Assembly (NCBI RefSeq): GCF_036321535.1
Contig: NC_087437.1
Span: 36,458,001-36,522,000, forward strand
Reading direction: 5' to 3'
Source of the DNA: Camelus dromedarius
Taxonomy: Eukaryota
Length of the DNA stretch: 64,000 nucleotides
Positions 38,608 through 52,130 of the stretch are shown piece by piece (within the stretch, counting starts at the first letter, position 1; every line of letters starts with the position of its first letter). The notes under the pieces were generated by a model. The model did no database searches, was not told the DNA's origin, and was given only the letters and a program-made list of their open reading frames with translations. Made by a program: the position numbers and the translations under genes.

Positions 38608-40089
38608 AAATTTGTTTCACTGTGATGTCATTTAAAAATTATTTGAATTGTTAGTTAAAACTTTGAAAATGGTTTACAGAAATAAAAAATCCACTAATAC
38701 GTAGAACTTGAAATAGTTGCATAATTTTCCAAATTGAACTTTTGAAAGAAAAATCCAGAAGATGACAACTATGTAGATATTTTGGGAACGTTTGATGCTT
38801 CTGAAACTCCTTAGAACTGCCCTTCACTCTTGCTATCCATAAATATTATATATGACTTCTATCATTGTTTGCTCCCCAGCCAGAGGCCCTACAATTAAAC
38901 CATCTGCCAAATTATAATTAATTTATACTTTCCGTCCTGGGGGAAAAGAGCCAAATATTTGTCAACATGACCACCCTGTCAAAATCTTTAATACTTATTG
39001 CAGCTTTATTTTAACTGTAATAAATAAGTATATATATTGGATTTCATTATTTTTCAGAAATTCTAATTCAAATTTAAGTAAAAGGTGGAATTATTTTTTC
39101 TTCTATAAAAGCATATTTGAAAGCACTTCATTTGTTGAAGGATCTCTCTCCATGTATTTGATTAAGATACTTATAGACAATTATTCTATGTTGGTTCTTA
39201 TATTTTTAACTATACCCCTGATTAAAACATTAAAAATTAATTTCAATAATATAATTTTAGTATTTTTAAGACCATACAAATTTAGTTCTATCAAGGGTAT
39301 TCATTTTTATTGTGATGTGAATAAGTTAAAGATAAAGGTGCTTAGCTCATATAGCCACATACGATACCACTTAAAAATGTAGAGACAGTTTCTCTCAATT
39401 TGTGATTTTATTAAATGCCTTAAACACTAATGTTATGTTACCTGCTACTTGACAGAGGCAGAATTAATGAAGACATGAGCACATTTTAAATATCATTGAG
39501 ATGTGCCTATCAATGCAAATTTTACTGATTTAATTTTCATGGAAGAATAAAGCTTGGGAAGGATTGTTTACGTGAGCAGTTGTTACAAACAAAAATGAAT
39601 GTACAAACCATATATATGATTTGATTTATATTATCAATAATTTGGACAGAGGTTTGCATTTCTAAAAATATCTAATTTTGATTTCGATCTTCATGAAAAG
39701 TTGGGAGTTTATTGTCTTATTTCTCAGATGCAGTATCAGCCTCAGCTAATGATACCCCTAGACCACACCTCTAACATTTTTTCAAGATAAAACTCAAATG
39801 TAGGATTTCTGACTGCAAATGATGTGTCCTTTCCATGACATGATGCATATTTATGGGATCAGTAGAAATCTGAATTAGGATATTTTCTAGTTTATTAAAG
39901 AATAACATTGTTATTTAATGTTTATTAGCGCGCAACCATGGAATGGTGTTTGTTCTAAGGTTTTTAAATACATTTCTGTATATATAAAAATGCTAGAGAA
40001 AAGCAGCCATTATTACAATATGTGCTTAACTGTACTTGTCTCCTCCAAAGACACTGATTTTGAGTGTGGTCTGAGGAAGTTTAGGTATC

Positions 40090-40569
40090 TATTACTAATC
40101 CCCAAAGGGTCAGCAACCCCTTAAGGGGTCCTTTGCCTGGAGTTACAAATGCCAATCAAATGAACCAGTTCTGTAAAGCAGAGCAGAAACTTTATTTATT
40201 GTTCAAGAAATGGAGAAGTTAGAACTTGTGCTCTAAATACACCTCCTCCCTTCAGGGAGAAGAGTAAGGGAATTTTAAGGGGTAACAGATAAACATGTCA
40301 TCAGGGCTCTAAGGAAAGGGTGGAGATTTCCACGGGCAGCTGGGGCATGCACAGTCTTCCATGCTTTTTTGCACAGGGCATAGATTGTGCCTAACAGAGT
40401 ACAAATCTCCCCAACCCTACCCTTGGGCAAAGATCTTAGCATGGTAATTAGCAAAGGTAACTTTTTAGACACCTCCAGATCTCATCTGCACAGCTTCACT
40501 CCTGTGGTCAAGTCAGAGCTGGTTCAGGGTGGTTGACCACTGCATATTTAAAATCACTGCTGCAAAACA
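40090..40569 (-). mobile_element. Probable ERV1-class solo LTR
   Basis: GC-richer island with tattact... and ...caaaaca termini and a reverse polyA signal (tttatt) about 100 bp from the left end. No clean TSD, so boundaries are approximate. Confidence 0.65.
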
Positions 40570-41365
40570 GCTGTCAAATACCAGGTGCTTCTGAAATAAA
40601 CACTGAGATAAATCAAGGCAAAGATCCCTTAGTTCTCCAGAGCTGATATGAGTGACAAAATCACCACATTGTCAGAGTTTAATAAGTGCTTTAACTGCTT
40701 TATTAAATGCTGTATTAAGTAGATTTTATAATTATATTCTACAACTTGTAGTACACACACACACATACGCACATAGAGATATGTACATAAAATCATCATC
40801 TGCATTTTTTTCCCTGACATGCTAAGGAAAGGAAACATTTCCAACATTCCCATCTGTTCTGCATGTGAGTGTAACTAATTATGCTCTGATTGACGAGGCT
40901 TTAAATGTACATTCTTGTGAGATGGTAGGTTTAGAGCTTGGCTACACTAAAAATTATCATGTGTATGCATTTTACAATCTCTCCATGAAAGCATTATGTT
41001 AGGTATGAATTCATTAAAGCAAAATCTTGTATACATTTTTAGACGGTGTCCATTTCTACACACACACACAAACACCATGTACACAAACGTATATTTATAT
41101 ATACAAATAAGCATATGTATGTGTGTTTAGAATAGTTTTGAACTACTAAATAATATAACATATAGCACTCTAACAGAGCTTTTTATTATTTTTATATTAT
41201 TTTCTGTGGACTCTATAGCAAGGAGTGTTTGAAAAGACATAATCCAGATTAAATATAAATCTTGTCAGGCTATCATCTAGTAAGCAGATTCTAAATTCCA
41301 TAGAAAATGACTATGTAGGTCTTGATGGTAATAAAACTATTAAAACAAATATAGGCTACTAGGCT

Positions 41366-41399
<34 letters not shown>
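41366..41399. repeat. (TG)n(AG)n compound microsatellite
   Basis: Seen directly. Confidence 0.92.
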
Positions 41400-41879
41400 T
41401 ATTTAAGAGTTATAAGCTTTAGCCAAACACTCCTGGGTTAAATTCCCTCTATTTTAATGAACATTTCTGAAGTGTCCATTGTATTTCTAATGAAAGAAGG
41501 ATAATCATAATTTGTAAGCAAAACAAAACAAAACAAAAAGCCTTTCTTTATGAGACAAAGGCATGGATGTGAAAGGAAATTAATGTGTGGTTGATAAAGT
41601 ACATCAGTACCATAGATGCCCTTGCTACTAAAGCAGTCACAACCTATCACCAAATAAATACACTTATTTAGAGACATAAGTAAATTTAGAGTTGTGCCAT
41701 ATACTGTTCCTTAGATTTTCCCAGTGGTTTATGCTTTCAACAGTGGTTCTCAATGTGTTTCTCCCAAGGAAATCTGTTTGAAATTTCTGCCTTCTACTCT
41801 TATTTCTCTAGATATAAGTATAATTTAACTTTCCATTAAGGAGGAATGAAACTATTGTTATCTGAGTGTGTTTTTTTTC

Positions 41880-42220
41880 TAAAAGACTTTATTGAGATAT
41901 AAATGAATGCCTCATTTATGTAAATTGTATTTTTAGGAGGTTTAACATATTTAGTCCCTCTTACAATCATAGCCCCAGTCAGGTATAGAATATTTCCATT
42001 TGCTTTAAAACTTCCTCCAGGACCTCATTGCTGGCACTTCTCCTACTGCATCCCCCAGGCCATCATTTATTTAATTTCCACCACTGTAGGCAATTTTTTC
42101 CTTTTCTAGACATTTTATAAATAGAATTTAAAATATGTGTGGCCTCTTTGACTCAGGATCATGCTTTGGGATAAATTCATGTCATTGTATAATATATCAG
42201 TAGTTTTTCTTGTTTATTTT
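41880..42220 (-). mobile_element. Ancient LINE-1 3' end (L1ME-like)
   Basis: actttattgagatataa...aggtatagaatatttccat...ccttttctagacattttataaatagaat...tttgactcaggatcatg. Confidence 0.72.
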
Positions 42221-43239
42221 TGCAGTCTTGTGCATGTGCATGTGTGTGTGTGTGAACATGGGCATGTGTTTTAGGCAGTAGCAAAGAAGTATTGGGAATT
42301 TATTCTTCTAGACAGAGGGCTCAAACCTTTGCTTTGGATTCTTATCGAAATATTTTCTGAGAAACTTCTTATCTCCCTATTTGTAATATACAACAGCAAA
42401 TTTTGCCTTTTTATTAATCTGTTGCATCTACTCGTTAAACTCTTGTTCCCTGTGGACATTTTCGACAGGTAAGATTTTCTCAATAGAGTGACATTATAGA
42501 GTCTAAGTATTGTACAATACAATGGTTTTAACCAATAGTTTCATGTAAAATTTTTATAATAATTTCCCCCAAATTATTAACATTCTAAATAAACAAAACA
42601 AGTAGAAAATTTGAGATACATTTCAAATATAACTGTAGAATATCAGGCTCACAAGTTCATGTTTTGAAAAACTGTCAAATGCCAACTATGGAGATGCATG
42701 TCTGAATTTTTTTCTGAAATTAAAGAAGGCTTCAGAGCCTCCTTTTCAGTGTGAACCATTCTCTGCAACTGCATATTTGTCCTGAATATGTTTCTTTAGT
42801 TTAAATATGTTCATGTTTTTCTTTAGTGTTTTAAAAATGGACCTCTAAAAGATTGAGAAAGTATTGCCGAGAATATGGAGAATGAAGCAAAAAAATCAGA
42901 AAATTATTTCAATGTAAGGAAAGCTATAACTGCAAATAGGTGACCAGGAAATGAGGTTTTAAGCGTTTTACATTTCAATGCGATTGTTACTTTTACATAA
43001 GTGTGTACTGTGCTTTGATTAATTTTTGGAATTTGATGGAGCAGTTCAGTAGATGTGTAACACAAATATAATCTTCCCATTTAGAATCATAGGCAATAGA
43101 CTTTAGTACAATCAAGCAGGCATATGGATTTTTAAAACTAAATGATATCATTAATCAGGAAATGTCTGTTTCTTATAAACTGTCCCAAATCTTTGGCAGA
43201 TAAAATTTTTTATGAAATTTTATAAAGCTACCTTTTCCC

Positions 43240-43447
43240 AAGAAACATCTTGACAAATGCAGCATAAAAAAGGAAAATATCACTTATGACTACACATGAA
43301 AAAAATCTAGATCCAAATATCAAATTTAGCAACATAAATATAAGTAAACTATGAGTGAATAATTGTTATGCAAGATAGCTCTGGTACAGAACATCTATTA
43401 CTTGTTAAGATCTTATTAATAAGCAAAATGAGAAGAAAACATGATCA
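43240..43447 (+). mobile_element. Decayed LINE-1 ORF2 fragment
   Basis: aaaaggaaaatatcacttatgac...aaatttagcaac...gagaagaaaacatgatc resembles the RT N-terminal region; heavily diverged. Confidence 0.5.
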
Positions 43448-43449
43448 GT

Positions 43450-43538
43450 CATGAGGTTCTACCTCCAAATATCATCACATTGGAGATCAGAGTTTAACAT
43501 ATAAATTGTGGAAGGACGCAAATAGTCAGTCCACAGCC
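43450..43538 (-). mobile_element. MaLR LTR 5' fragment (MLT1A/MST-like)
   Basis: acctccaaatatcatcacattggagatcagagtttaacatataaattgtggaaggacgcaaatagtcagtccacagc is the reverse of an MLT1A-type LTR start. Confidence 0.8.
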
Positions 43539-44305
43539 CTTTAGTAATACCAAGAGGTGCTCTGAGGGATTCCTTTATGTCCTTATCTCCATTGTGCAGT
43601 AGCAGTTTAATTGTTCCCTGGTAGTCAGAATCAACCACCCAGATTATCATAGTAATTGTCATTTTTGCCTGTTAATTCAGAGGCATGAGGAATCCACAGT
43701 GGTCAGGCAGCAGTCTTAACTTCAGTTAAATTAAATCCTTTTTGTATCTACTTGTAGAAGCATTCTTCCCTCTCTAGGCCGGCAGAACATAAGGTTACAA
43801 AAAGGAAGCAAAATTTTTGCTAGTGGGTCACTAAGGTTTAAGAGCGAGTGGTGCCACTCCCATTTCCACTTATTAATCCCTAGACCTTTGAGTCTTGGCT
43901 GTAGGAGAAGCAGCATCATATATTGGGTGCTCAGTTGGAGAATATATAGCCTTCTGGAGAACCTTGCCCCAGTCCTGCAAAATGTTGTCATCCAGCTGGA
44001 ACTATAACTGAGTCTTCAAAAGGCTAGCCCACCACTGTGTCAAACCAGACACTTCAGAATGGAGGGGAACATGGTTAGATCAGTGATTCCATGGGTATGG
44101 ACCATTGCCACACTTCTTTTGCTATAAATTGAGTTACTTGATCAGAAACAATGCTGTGTGGAATAACATGATGATGGATAAGGCATTCTGCAAGACCACA
44201 GAAGATAGTTTTGGAAGAAGCACTGCATGCAGGGAAGGCAAATTTGATATCCAGAGTAAATGTCCATTCCAGTAAGAATGAAACACTATCTCTTCCATGA
44301 TGGAA
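43539..44305 (-). mobile_element. ERV-L/MLT internal remnant: integrase core followed by dUTPase (non-functional)
   Basis: Manual minus-strand translation gives LPSWKR*CFILTGMDIYSGY / FAFPACSASSKTIFCGLAECLIHHHVIPHSIVSDQVTQFIAKEVWQW (integrase core). ORF 43459-43662 contains VVDSDYQGTIKLLLHNG (dUTPase motif 3). Stops and frameshifts are present. Confidence 0.9.
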
Positions 44306-44309
44306 GATA

Positions 44310-45255
44310 TAATCCCTATTTCATTGTTATCATTGAAAATATGTGTTTTAACATTCTGGAATTTTATTAATTTTATTTTTCATTTGTAAGAACCAGTTGC
44401 TCTTATTTTTTTTCCTTTTTATATTTTTTATTTTTAAAAAATTATTTCTGTTATCCTTAATTCTAAGTAAATGGGTTTTAATTTAACTCTTAAAAGTTGT
44501 AAGCTTAGATAATGGATTTTGGACCTTTATTTTTTTAGCATGAAAATGTAAAACATGATTTTCCTCAATGGATTGTTCTAGGTGATATCATATTTTATTA
44601 AAATGTAGTCAAAATATTTTCTAATTTACCTTGTGAGTTTTTCTTTGACATAGGAATTTTTAGGAGAGTTTGTTACTTTATAAATAGTTATGGAGTTTTC
44701 CAAGATTTTTAGTTATTGATTTTTTGTTATTGATTAATAATTAATTGTATTTTGGGGAGGGAATCCATACTGTAAAGTTTCAATCTTTTAAAATTTGTCA
44801 AGACTTATTTTATAACCAGTATATGTTCTATTGTAGTAAATGTCCCTTGTACTCTTTCAAACTGTGTTCTACCTTTGCTGGCTATAGTAATCTACAAATG
44901 TCGATTAAAGGAAGCTGTTTGATAATATTATTTAAAACTTCTATATACTTATTGAGTTTCTGTTTACTTACTTTAGCAGTTACTGAAAGAGAGGTGTTGA
45001 AATCTCCAACTATCATTTTAGACTTGTCTGTTCCTACTTTCACTTGTATCAGTGTTGCTCTTTGTTTGGAAGCGACGTTGATATGTACACACATTTAAGA
45101 TTGTTAAATTTTCATGGTAAATTGACTCATTTATTATAAAGAAATATCCTTCCTTATCCCTGTTAATATTCTTTATCATAAGGTGATTTTTAATGATATT
45201 ACCACTCTAGTGTGTTGATTATTGTTTGCATTTTTTATCCATTTTACTTTTAATG
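44310..45255 (-). mobile_element. Ancient LINE-1 ORF2 endonuclease-domain fragment
   Basis: ORF 44882-45094(-) contains IVGDFNTSLS...QKLNKYIEVLNNII.QL.LIDI.R, the L1 APE-like endonuclease signature. Confidence 0.88.
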
Positions 45256-45261
45256 TGTAAA

Positions 45262-45720
45262 TATGTTTTCACAAGAAAGTAACAAGTCTCATTTAGTTTA
45301 GTGTAAAGGCATGCAACAGAGTTTGCAAAAAAAAAATTATCTAGAATTTTCATTAATTATAAGGACCAAAGGGAAAAAATTTAGAAACATTCTGATGTAT
45401 CTGCCATCATTCAAGGTGAGTAAGCAAATTATGTTTTGAAAGAGAAGGAAATTAAAGTCTGGGGAATTCAGCTACAGTTATATATAGATACAAGAAATTC
45501 TACAATTGATTTGACACAAGTCTTAATCCTGCTTTCTCCGGGTCTGAGTCAAATTCTCAGGAAAAAGGAAAGTTGATTTGTTTAGGTCAGATACACATTC
45601 CCAGTCCAGTTATCTATGTTTGGAGAAGAAAAGAAGGTCACGTAGCAGAAACTGATTACCAGTGACAGCAGTTTGCTTAGTAGAGAGGCTGAAGCAACAC
45701 TCAAATGATTCCTTTCTACA
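45262..45720 (-). mobile_element. Possible old MaLR LTR (MLT1J/K-like)
   Basis: tgatttgtttaggtcagatacacattcccagtccagttatctatg...ggtcacgtagcagaaac resembles old MLT1; strongly decayed. Confidence 0.45.
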
Positions 45721-45959
45721 CAGTCTAAAAGGAAAGATCCTATTCAGATATCCTTCAGGGAATGATGATCATATTTACCACTTCTTTGCAAGCTATATTT
45801 GAATCAATTAATATTTGTTTTTTGTTTTTCTCATAAAACTTATAGATCTATTAAAAATAATAAATTACCTTTTTGTGCCTTTTTAGTTTTATAGAATATT
45901 ATTTTATTATTTCCCTACTGACCCATATCACTACTGGATATCATTGTTTTCAATATCAT

Positions 45960-46400
45960 TTTTCATATTCATAAGCATACGTTTCTGATTTTTCTCCTGA
46001 GACAACTCAGTTGGCATGATCTGTTCACCTGCTTGGATCAGCCCTGGTGGGTCCGTGGGACTAATGCACAGCTACAATCCGGTAACTTCCTTGATCTCTC
46101 ATCCTCAGACTTCTCTTTGTTGCCATTTGTGTAAAAACCTATAAAATCCTGTGTTTGAACAATTTTCTCTTGCTTCCTGGATTTCATGTTTTACTCTTCT
46201 CCATTTTTTCCTGCAGCATAATAGAAGCTGAAGTGATTATTGAGGCAGGCTTCATAGTAGGGTGATTTTAGTTTAAGTTTTAAAATATCTTTTTTTAGAT
46301 TCCTGACTGGATAGGATAAGAATTCTGAGATAAAAGTAACTTTCAGCCAGAATATTGAAGGTATGATTTTGTTGCATAGTAATTTTTCTTTGATAAGTTT
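45960..46400 (-). mobile_element. HAL1 / old L1 ORF1-region remnant
   Basis: gcttcctggatttcatgttttactcttct and tgactggataggataagaattctgag...cagaatattgaagg resemble recalled HAL1 consensus. Confidence 0.55.
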
Positions 46401-46847
46401 TCTGAACTACTAATCATTTTATCATTATTATATGCAGTGTTTAACACTTTGAGGGGCAGGATTAATGAAAGCACATCCAGGTAAATATAATAGACAGTAA
46501 GTACTCTTTGCCCAGTGCTTCTAATAAGACATAGTTCTGCCTGAATGGGCTAGCTATATAGTCATGTGGTTCTATTTTCAGAAGCATCAAAATAATAACT
46601 ATCATTTTATGATATCCAATAGGTTATATAATCATCAAAAGTTGTCATAAAGATAAAAAAGCAGATAATAGTAAATTTAAAAAAAAATTAGCCAAGGAGG
46701 ATAACCTTCAAGTAGTGAGAGTTCTGGAAAAAGAAAAGAGAAAATGGAGAGGGGAGGATATGTCAAAAGGATATTCATTTAGTTGTGAATTTGACAGAAG
46801 CACAGCTAATGAAGGTGGCCTCCTAGTTTTGGTCCCCAGATATTGCT

Positions 46848-46886
46848 CTTCTTTTTTTTCCTTTTTTTTTTTTTTTTTTTTTTTTT
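46848..46886. repeat. Poly(T) tract
   Basis: About 24 uninterrupted T plus an adjacent T-rich run. Confidence 0.95.
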
Positions 46887-46899
46887 GGTATGTCAGTGA

Positions 46900-47672
46900 A
46901 TAGCCATATCCTTTCCTTGCCTTATGTTAGAAACCAGAGAATCTGCATCATTTTGTTAGGGCCTAAAGATTCTGTCTTTCTTCCTTTCTAAATTATTCAG
47001 TTCTCTGTATCAACATGATAACCAACTCAGTTCAAACTATCATCATCCTGCGCCTAAATAATGACATATTCTCCTAAATGTCATTATTACAACATAGTTA
47101 TTCCCCCAGTTATTTCTACATTAACACTCTTCTTGTTCTAAATTGCAAATATTAGATCATAATACTTCAGTAGATCTCTGTGCCCTTAATACACAGCTTC
47201 AGTTTCCTAGAACACCCTAGGCCTTTTTATGGCCTAATCCTTAAGTGACAAGAATTCCTGTGTAGTATTTCTCACCCTTATTGAAGCCTTTTACATCCAA
47301 ACTTTCAAATCTCATAATTTTCCATGGTCCACCTTGTCTCCTTGCTCCAGTGAATTGATATGTTTTGCCTCCTCACCTTGTTTAGACTATTTACTACTCT
47401 TTACTAATATTTCACTTAGTAATAATCCTCTAAAAATACTTCAAGATAATCATACTCTGGGCCTTAGGTACATCCTTTAACTGCCCAAAGAAACTTTGCT
47501 AATCTGCTATATTATAATTGCAGTTTACCACAGTGTTGGTTCCACTAAATTTTGATTCATTTGAAGGTAGATAACCATGTCTATTTCATCTTGGACTAAC
47601 AGCAGGTTAGTTAGTCCACTAACATTTGGCGTGGAGTAGGTGTGAAATAAAAATATGTTGAGTGAATATGCA
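46900..47672 (+). mobile_element. Decayed L2 LINE 3' region
   Basis: cagttcaaactatcatcatcctgcgcctaaata; tttgaaggtagataaccatgtctatttcatctt; tggcgtggagtaggtgtgaaataaaaatatgttgagtgaat (L2 3' end). Confidence 0.72.
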
Positions 47673-50104
47673 GATGAAAAAAAATGGGCAAATTCTTCAC
47701 ATTTTCCTTTACCTACAGAAAATAAACACTAGGCCAGAAGTTCTGCACTACTGTTCAGATTAATCCTACCAAGGAAAGAAAAGAACACACTTTCCTAAGC
47801 ATCATCGGATGAGTTTTGCATTTGGGAGGTTTTGAAGGATTTTTTGTTATTTTTTTCTCCCATGGTATCTGTTGTAGTACCAATTGAAAATGTTAAATTG
47901 ATTCTGTAAATGAATCTGAAATTTGCAAATATGGCTGAATATGACACATTTCATGTTTTCAAGGCAATATAGCAAGACAATAAATACTCACAGTACTGGT
48001 CTTCCGTAATACATTGACATCTTGCTGTGTATTACAAATTTCACTAAATGACACAGTGTTCCCACTGTCAGCTCACAGTGTTTACACAACAGATGTAACA
48101 ACTTAAAATTATCTTACCTAGTAAGGGGAGTTTTTTATATCGGTAATTATGTAATACTTCTGGAGATCATTTCTAACTTTGCTTATTTAATCAGGCAAAT
48201 CAAATATTCTGAATTGGATGAAACTGGGAAAAATGAACTCTGAATTTCCTTTCAACCTTGAGATTTTCTGTGATATTTGTAAATACTCTTTAAAAAAATG
48301 GAATTTCTAGTAAGGACCCAGAGAACCTCATCATTTTCAACTCCAGCACAAATCTAAATCAGTTTGCAAGAATTTTCCATCTGCTTCTTCCTGAACTTCC
48401 CAACAATCCTACATGTGAAATCAAAGAATTTCTGCCCGATTTTTTGCCTGGTAGTAAAGACATGGTATTTTATAACCCTTTCTATACTTTGAGCATTTGG
48501 TTTTCCAGTAAATATTTAGTGACCTACTATCAATAGATTATGAGATTTTCTTATTGTACAAGTTTTCTTCCCCTTTCCTCTTCCTAAATATACTTTTTTA
48601 CATTTGCAGATCTGTTATATATTTAAAAAAGAAATATAAAGCATGAACAACAAATCTCATCATTACTGGAGAGTATAGCTAAATTCAACAATATCTAGAG
48701 TTCTTAGGGTTTTTTTCTTCATCTTTGGATAATTTTTCTATTATTTCAGTACTTATTTACAGTGTAAATGAATTTAAGCATAACTTGGAAATAATGATTG
48801 CATAGAATAATAACTATGTGCATGCTGCTAGCTCTCAAAATTTCTCTAGATTCTTGGCAGCACCTTAAACCTTCAAGATTTTCATTGTATAATTTAGTTT
48901 TTATGTAGGCTTTTTATGCACTTAACATATTTTATTCTTCCCATGGCTCCAGACAATGTGCAGTTGCAGTTAAATATGTATATGTCAAATGATTTTCAGA
49001 ATCCCAGAGGTAAAAATATACAAACACTTCCTGGGTTTGTTTGGCAGTTTTTAAGAAGGCAACTATTTACTCAAAAATTTGAAATGAATAGAACCCAATG
49101 GTTAGCATATTTCCCAAAAACATAACTTAGAAAACAAAGCAAAACAAGATGCATGCTATTAAATTGTACAACAAAGATTTATGAGATGAAGATAATTACT
49201 GGATCATTGTATTTGTCTGTGTTTAAATATCTGAGAGATAAAATTATAACCTTATTTACACTATCACCTGAACTATTTTATGCATTAAAGGCCTTTGCAG
49301 TATTTAAATTTAAATAATCACATCAAGCCTCAAGAGTTAAATTCCCCCTATATAATAGTTATAAAATTAATTTACTTACAAAATCTTAACTGAATTATAA
49401 ACTTTGGAGATCAGCACCATGTTGAAATGTGTTTTTATATATGTACATTTTTCCTAAGTCTATCATCCTCTATGTTAGGCTAACTTAAATTTCAGAATCG
49501 TCTTTCAGTGTTTCATAACATCACAGTTTAGGCTTCATGTGTACTCTTGTTTTTACAAAAGTATAATTCCCTCCCCTACCCCAAAGCTCTCTATCAACCA
49601 TATCACAGTACCTTAATGGCTCAGAGTCATAATCTGTAATCTTGTGAAAATAATCCAGTCTGACCACTACTAGTAGACATAGTTTTTTTTCTTACCTTTT
49701 CATCCCAAGTCATATCATCTTTTCCCTTCTGTCCTATAGTAATGCTCCCTAAAGTTCTGATGTACCTAGATACTACCCTAAACTATATGGATGGACCTTG
49801 ATTGACCAGATAATCACAGTAACCCCTTTACCTTGCAAGAAATTTACCTGAGTCAGTTCAGAGTACAGCCCAGGAAACATTTTAAGAGTTGGGAAAGAAA
49901 AGCTCTTTTTTTTAAAAAAAATAAGGATATTATAAAATGATGTCTGACATGTTCTATCATTTATGAAAAGTCCTTCTTAGGCTAGATACACACATAGAGA
50001 AGGGCAGATTTAGGAAGAATATTACAGTCAGAACTCTTCATAATATGTAGTATTTGGGTAAATGTATATTTCAGTTTGGTTGTACTCTGAAATTTACTGT
50101 TATA

Positions 50105-50412
50105 GACAGATAAATTATGATTCTAAATTTTGTTCTGAAATTCTTATGGCATATTAAAGGAATTGGAATAGTCAAAACAACTCTGAAAACAAAGAGATAA
50201 GCAAACGAAAACAAATTTGGAAGATTCATAATATCTGATTCCAAGACTTATTGTAAACCTATAGTAATCAAGATAGTGCAGTATGGATAAAAGTATAGAT
50301 TCATAAATCAATGGAAAAAATAGAAAGTCCAGAATTAAACCTAATCAAATATAATTAATGGATTTTTGCCAAAGTTGTAAAGGCAATTAAAAGAAGAAAA
50401 GATAGTATTTTT
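50105..50412 (+). mobile_element. Old LINE-1 ORF2 fragment (host element, left part)
   Basis: ggaatagtcaaaacaactctgaaaa...ctgattccaagacttattgtaaacctatagtaatcaaga...aatagaaagtccagaattaaacc. Confidence 0.85.
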
Positions 50413-50434
50413 GTTTATTTTCTCTTAGTCTCTC

Positions 50435-52126
50435 TTTTTTGAATTATGGTAGAGTTGTATAATATTATATGTTACAAGGGTACAGCATAGTGATTCACAA
50501 TTTTTGAAAGTTATATTCCATGTATAGTTATTATAAAAGATTGGCTATATTTCCTTCACTGTACAATATATCCTACTAGCTTATTTATTTTATATGTAGT
50601 AGTTTATACTTCTTAATCCCCTACCCTTACCCTGTCCCTCCCCCTTCCCACTTTCCACTGGTGGAGATTCTTGGTCTGACTTACTTCCCTTAGAATAATA
50701 CCCTCCAAGTCCATACATGTTGTTCCAAATGGCAAAATTTCATTCTTATTTTATGGCTGAGAAGAAATCTGTTTCATGTCACATTTTCTCTGTCCATTCA
50801 TCTGTTGTTGGACACTTAGATTGCTTCCATATCGTGGCAATTGGAAATAATGCTATGGACCTGGATGTATATTTTTGAATTAGTATTTTCATTTTTTTCA
50901 GATATATACCCAGGAGTGGAATTGCTGGGCCATATGATAGTTCTGTTTTTACTTTTTGAGAAGTCTTCATACTGTTTTCCACAGAGGCTATACTAATTTA
51001 TATTTCCACCAACTGTATATGGGGGTTCTCTTTTCTCCACATTTTTGCTAACATTTGTTATTCGTGTGCTATTTGATAATAGCCATTCTGACAGGTGTAA
51101 AGTGATATCTCATTGTGGTTTTAATTTGCATTTCTCTGATGATTAACGATGTTGAGCATCTTTTCATGTGCCTGTTGGCCATCTGTGTGTCTTTGGAAAA
51201 ATGTCTATTTAGATCTTTGGCCCATTTTTTAAATCAGGTTGTTTGTTCTTTTGCTGTTGAGTTCTATGAGCTATTTATATATTTTGGATATGAACCCCTT
51301 ATCTGTTATATCATTTGCAAATATTTTGTTCCATTCAGTAGATTGTCTTTTCTTTTTGATAATGGTATCCTTTGCTATATAAAAGGTTTTAAGTTTAAGT
51401 AGGTCCCATTTGTTTATTTTTGTTTTTGTTTTATTTGCTTTAGGAGACAGACCCCCCAAAATGGTGCTATAATTTATTTCAAAGAGTGTTCTTCCTAGGC
51501 TTTCTTCCAGGATTTTTATGGTTTCCAGTTTTACATTTAGATCTTTAATCCATTTTGAGTTTATTTTTTTTATGATGTTAGACATTGTTCTAAGACACAC
51601 TTTCTGATAGTTCATTGTTAGTGTATAGAAATGCAACCAATTTCTGTATATTAATTTGTATCCTGCAACTTCACCAAATTCATTGATGAGCTGGTGGCAT
51701 CTTTAGGATTTTCTATGTACAGTATCATGTCATGTGCAAATAATGATAGTTTTATTTCTTTCCTTACAATTTGGCTATGGCTAGGACTTCCAATACTATG
51801 TTGAATAAAAGTGGCAATAGTGGGAATCTTTATTTATTTCTAATCTTACATGAAATGTTTTCAGCTTTTTATTGTTGAGTATGATGTTAGCTGTCAGTTT
51901 GTCCTATATGACATCTATTATGTTGAGACATGTTCCTTCTTTGTCTACTTTCTGAAGAGTTTTTATCATAAATGGATATTGAATTTTCTGAAAAGCTTTT
52001 TCTGCATTTGTTGAAAGTATCATATAGTTTTTATTCAATAAATGTGATATATCACATTGATTTGAAAATATTAAAAAATTGTTGCAACCCTAGGGTAAAT
52101 CCAACTTGATTGTGGTTAGAATCCTT
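50435..52126 (-). mobile_element. Younger laurasiatherian/cetartiodactyl LINE-1, 5'-truncated with internal deletions near 50662 and 51595
   Basis: Reverse 3'UTR gtacagcatagtgattcacaatttt...tagttattataaaagattggctatatt. ORFs 50779-50982(-) and 51271-51636(-) give ORF2-like KINSKWIKDLNVK...[11 protein letters not shown] and PAIPLLGIY. Confidence 0.93.
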
Positions 52127-52130
52127 TCAG

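Noticed and set aside
46848..46886. Poly(T) as the tail of a processed pseudogene
   Set aside because: The adjacent sequence is decayed L2, with no mRNA-like body and no TSD found.
49600..50100. Possible ancient ERVL LTR (LTR16/LTR33-like)
   Set aside because: The resemblance is too weak to set boundaries or family by eye.
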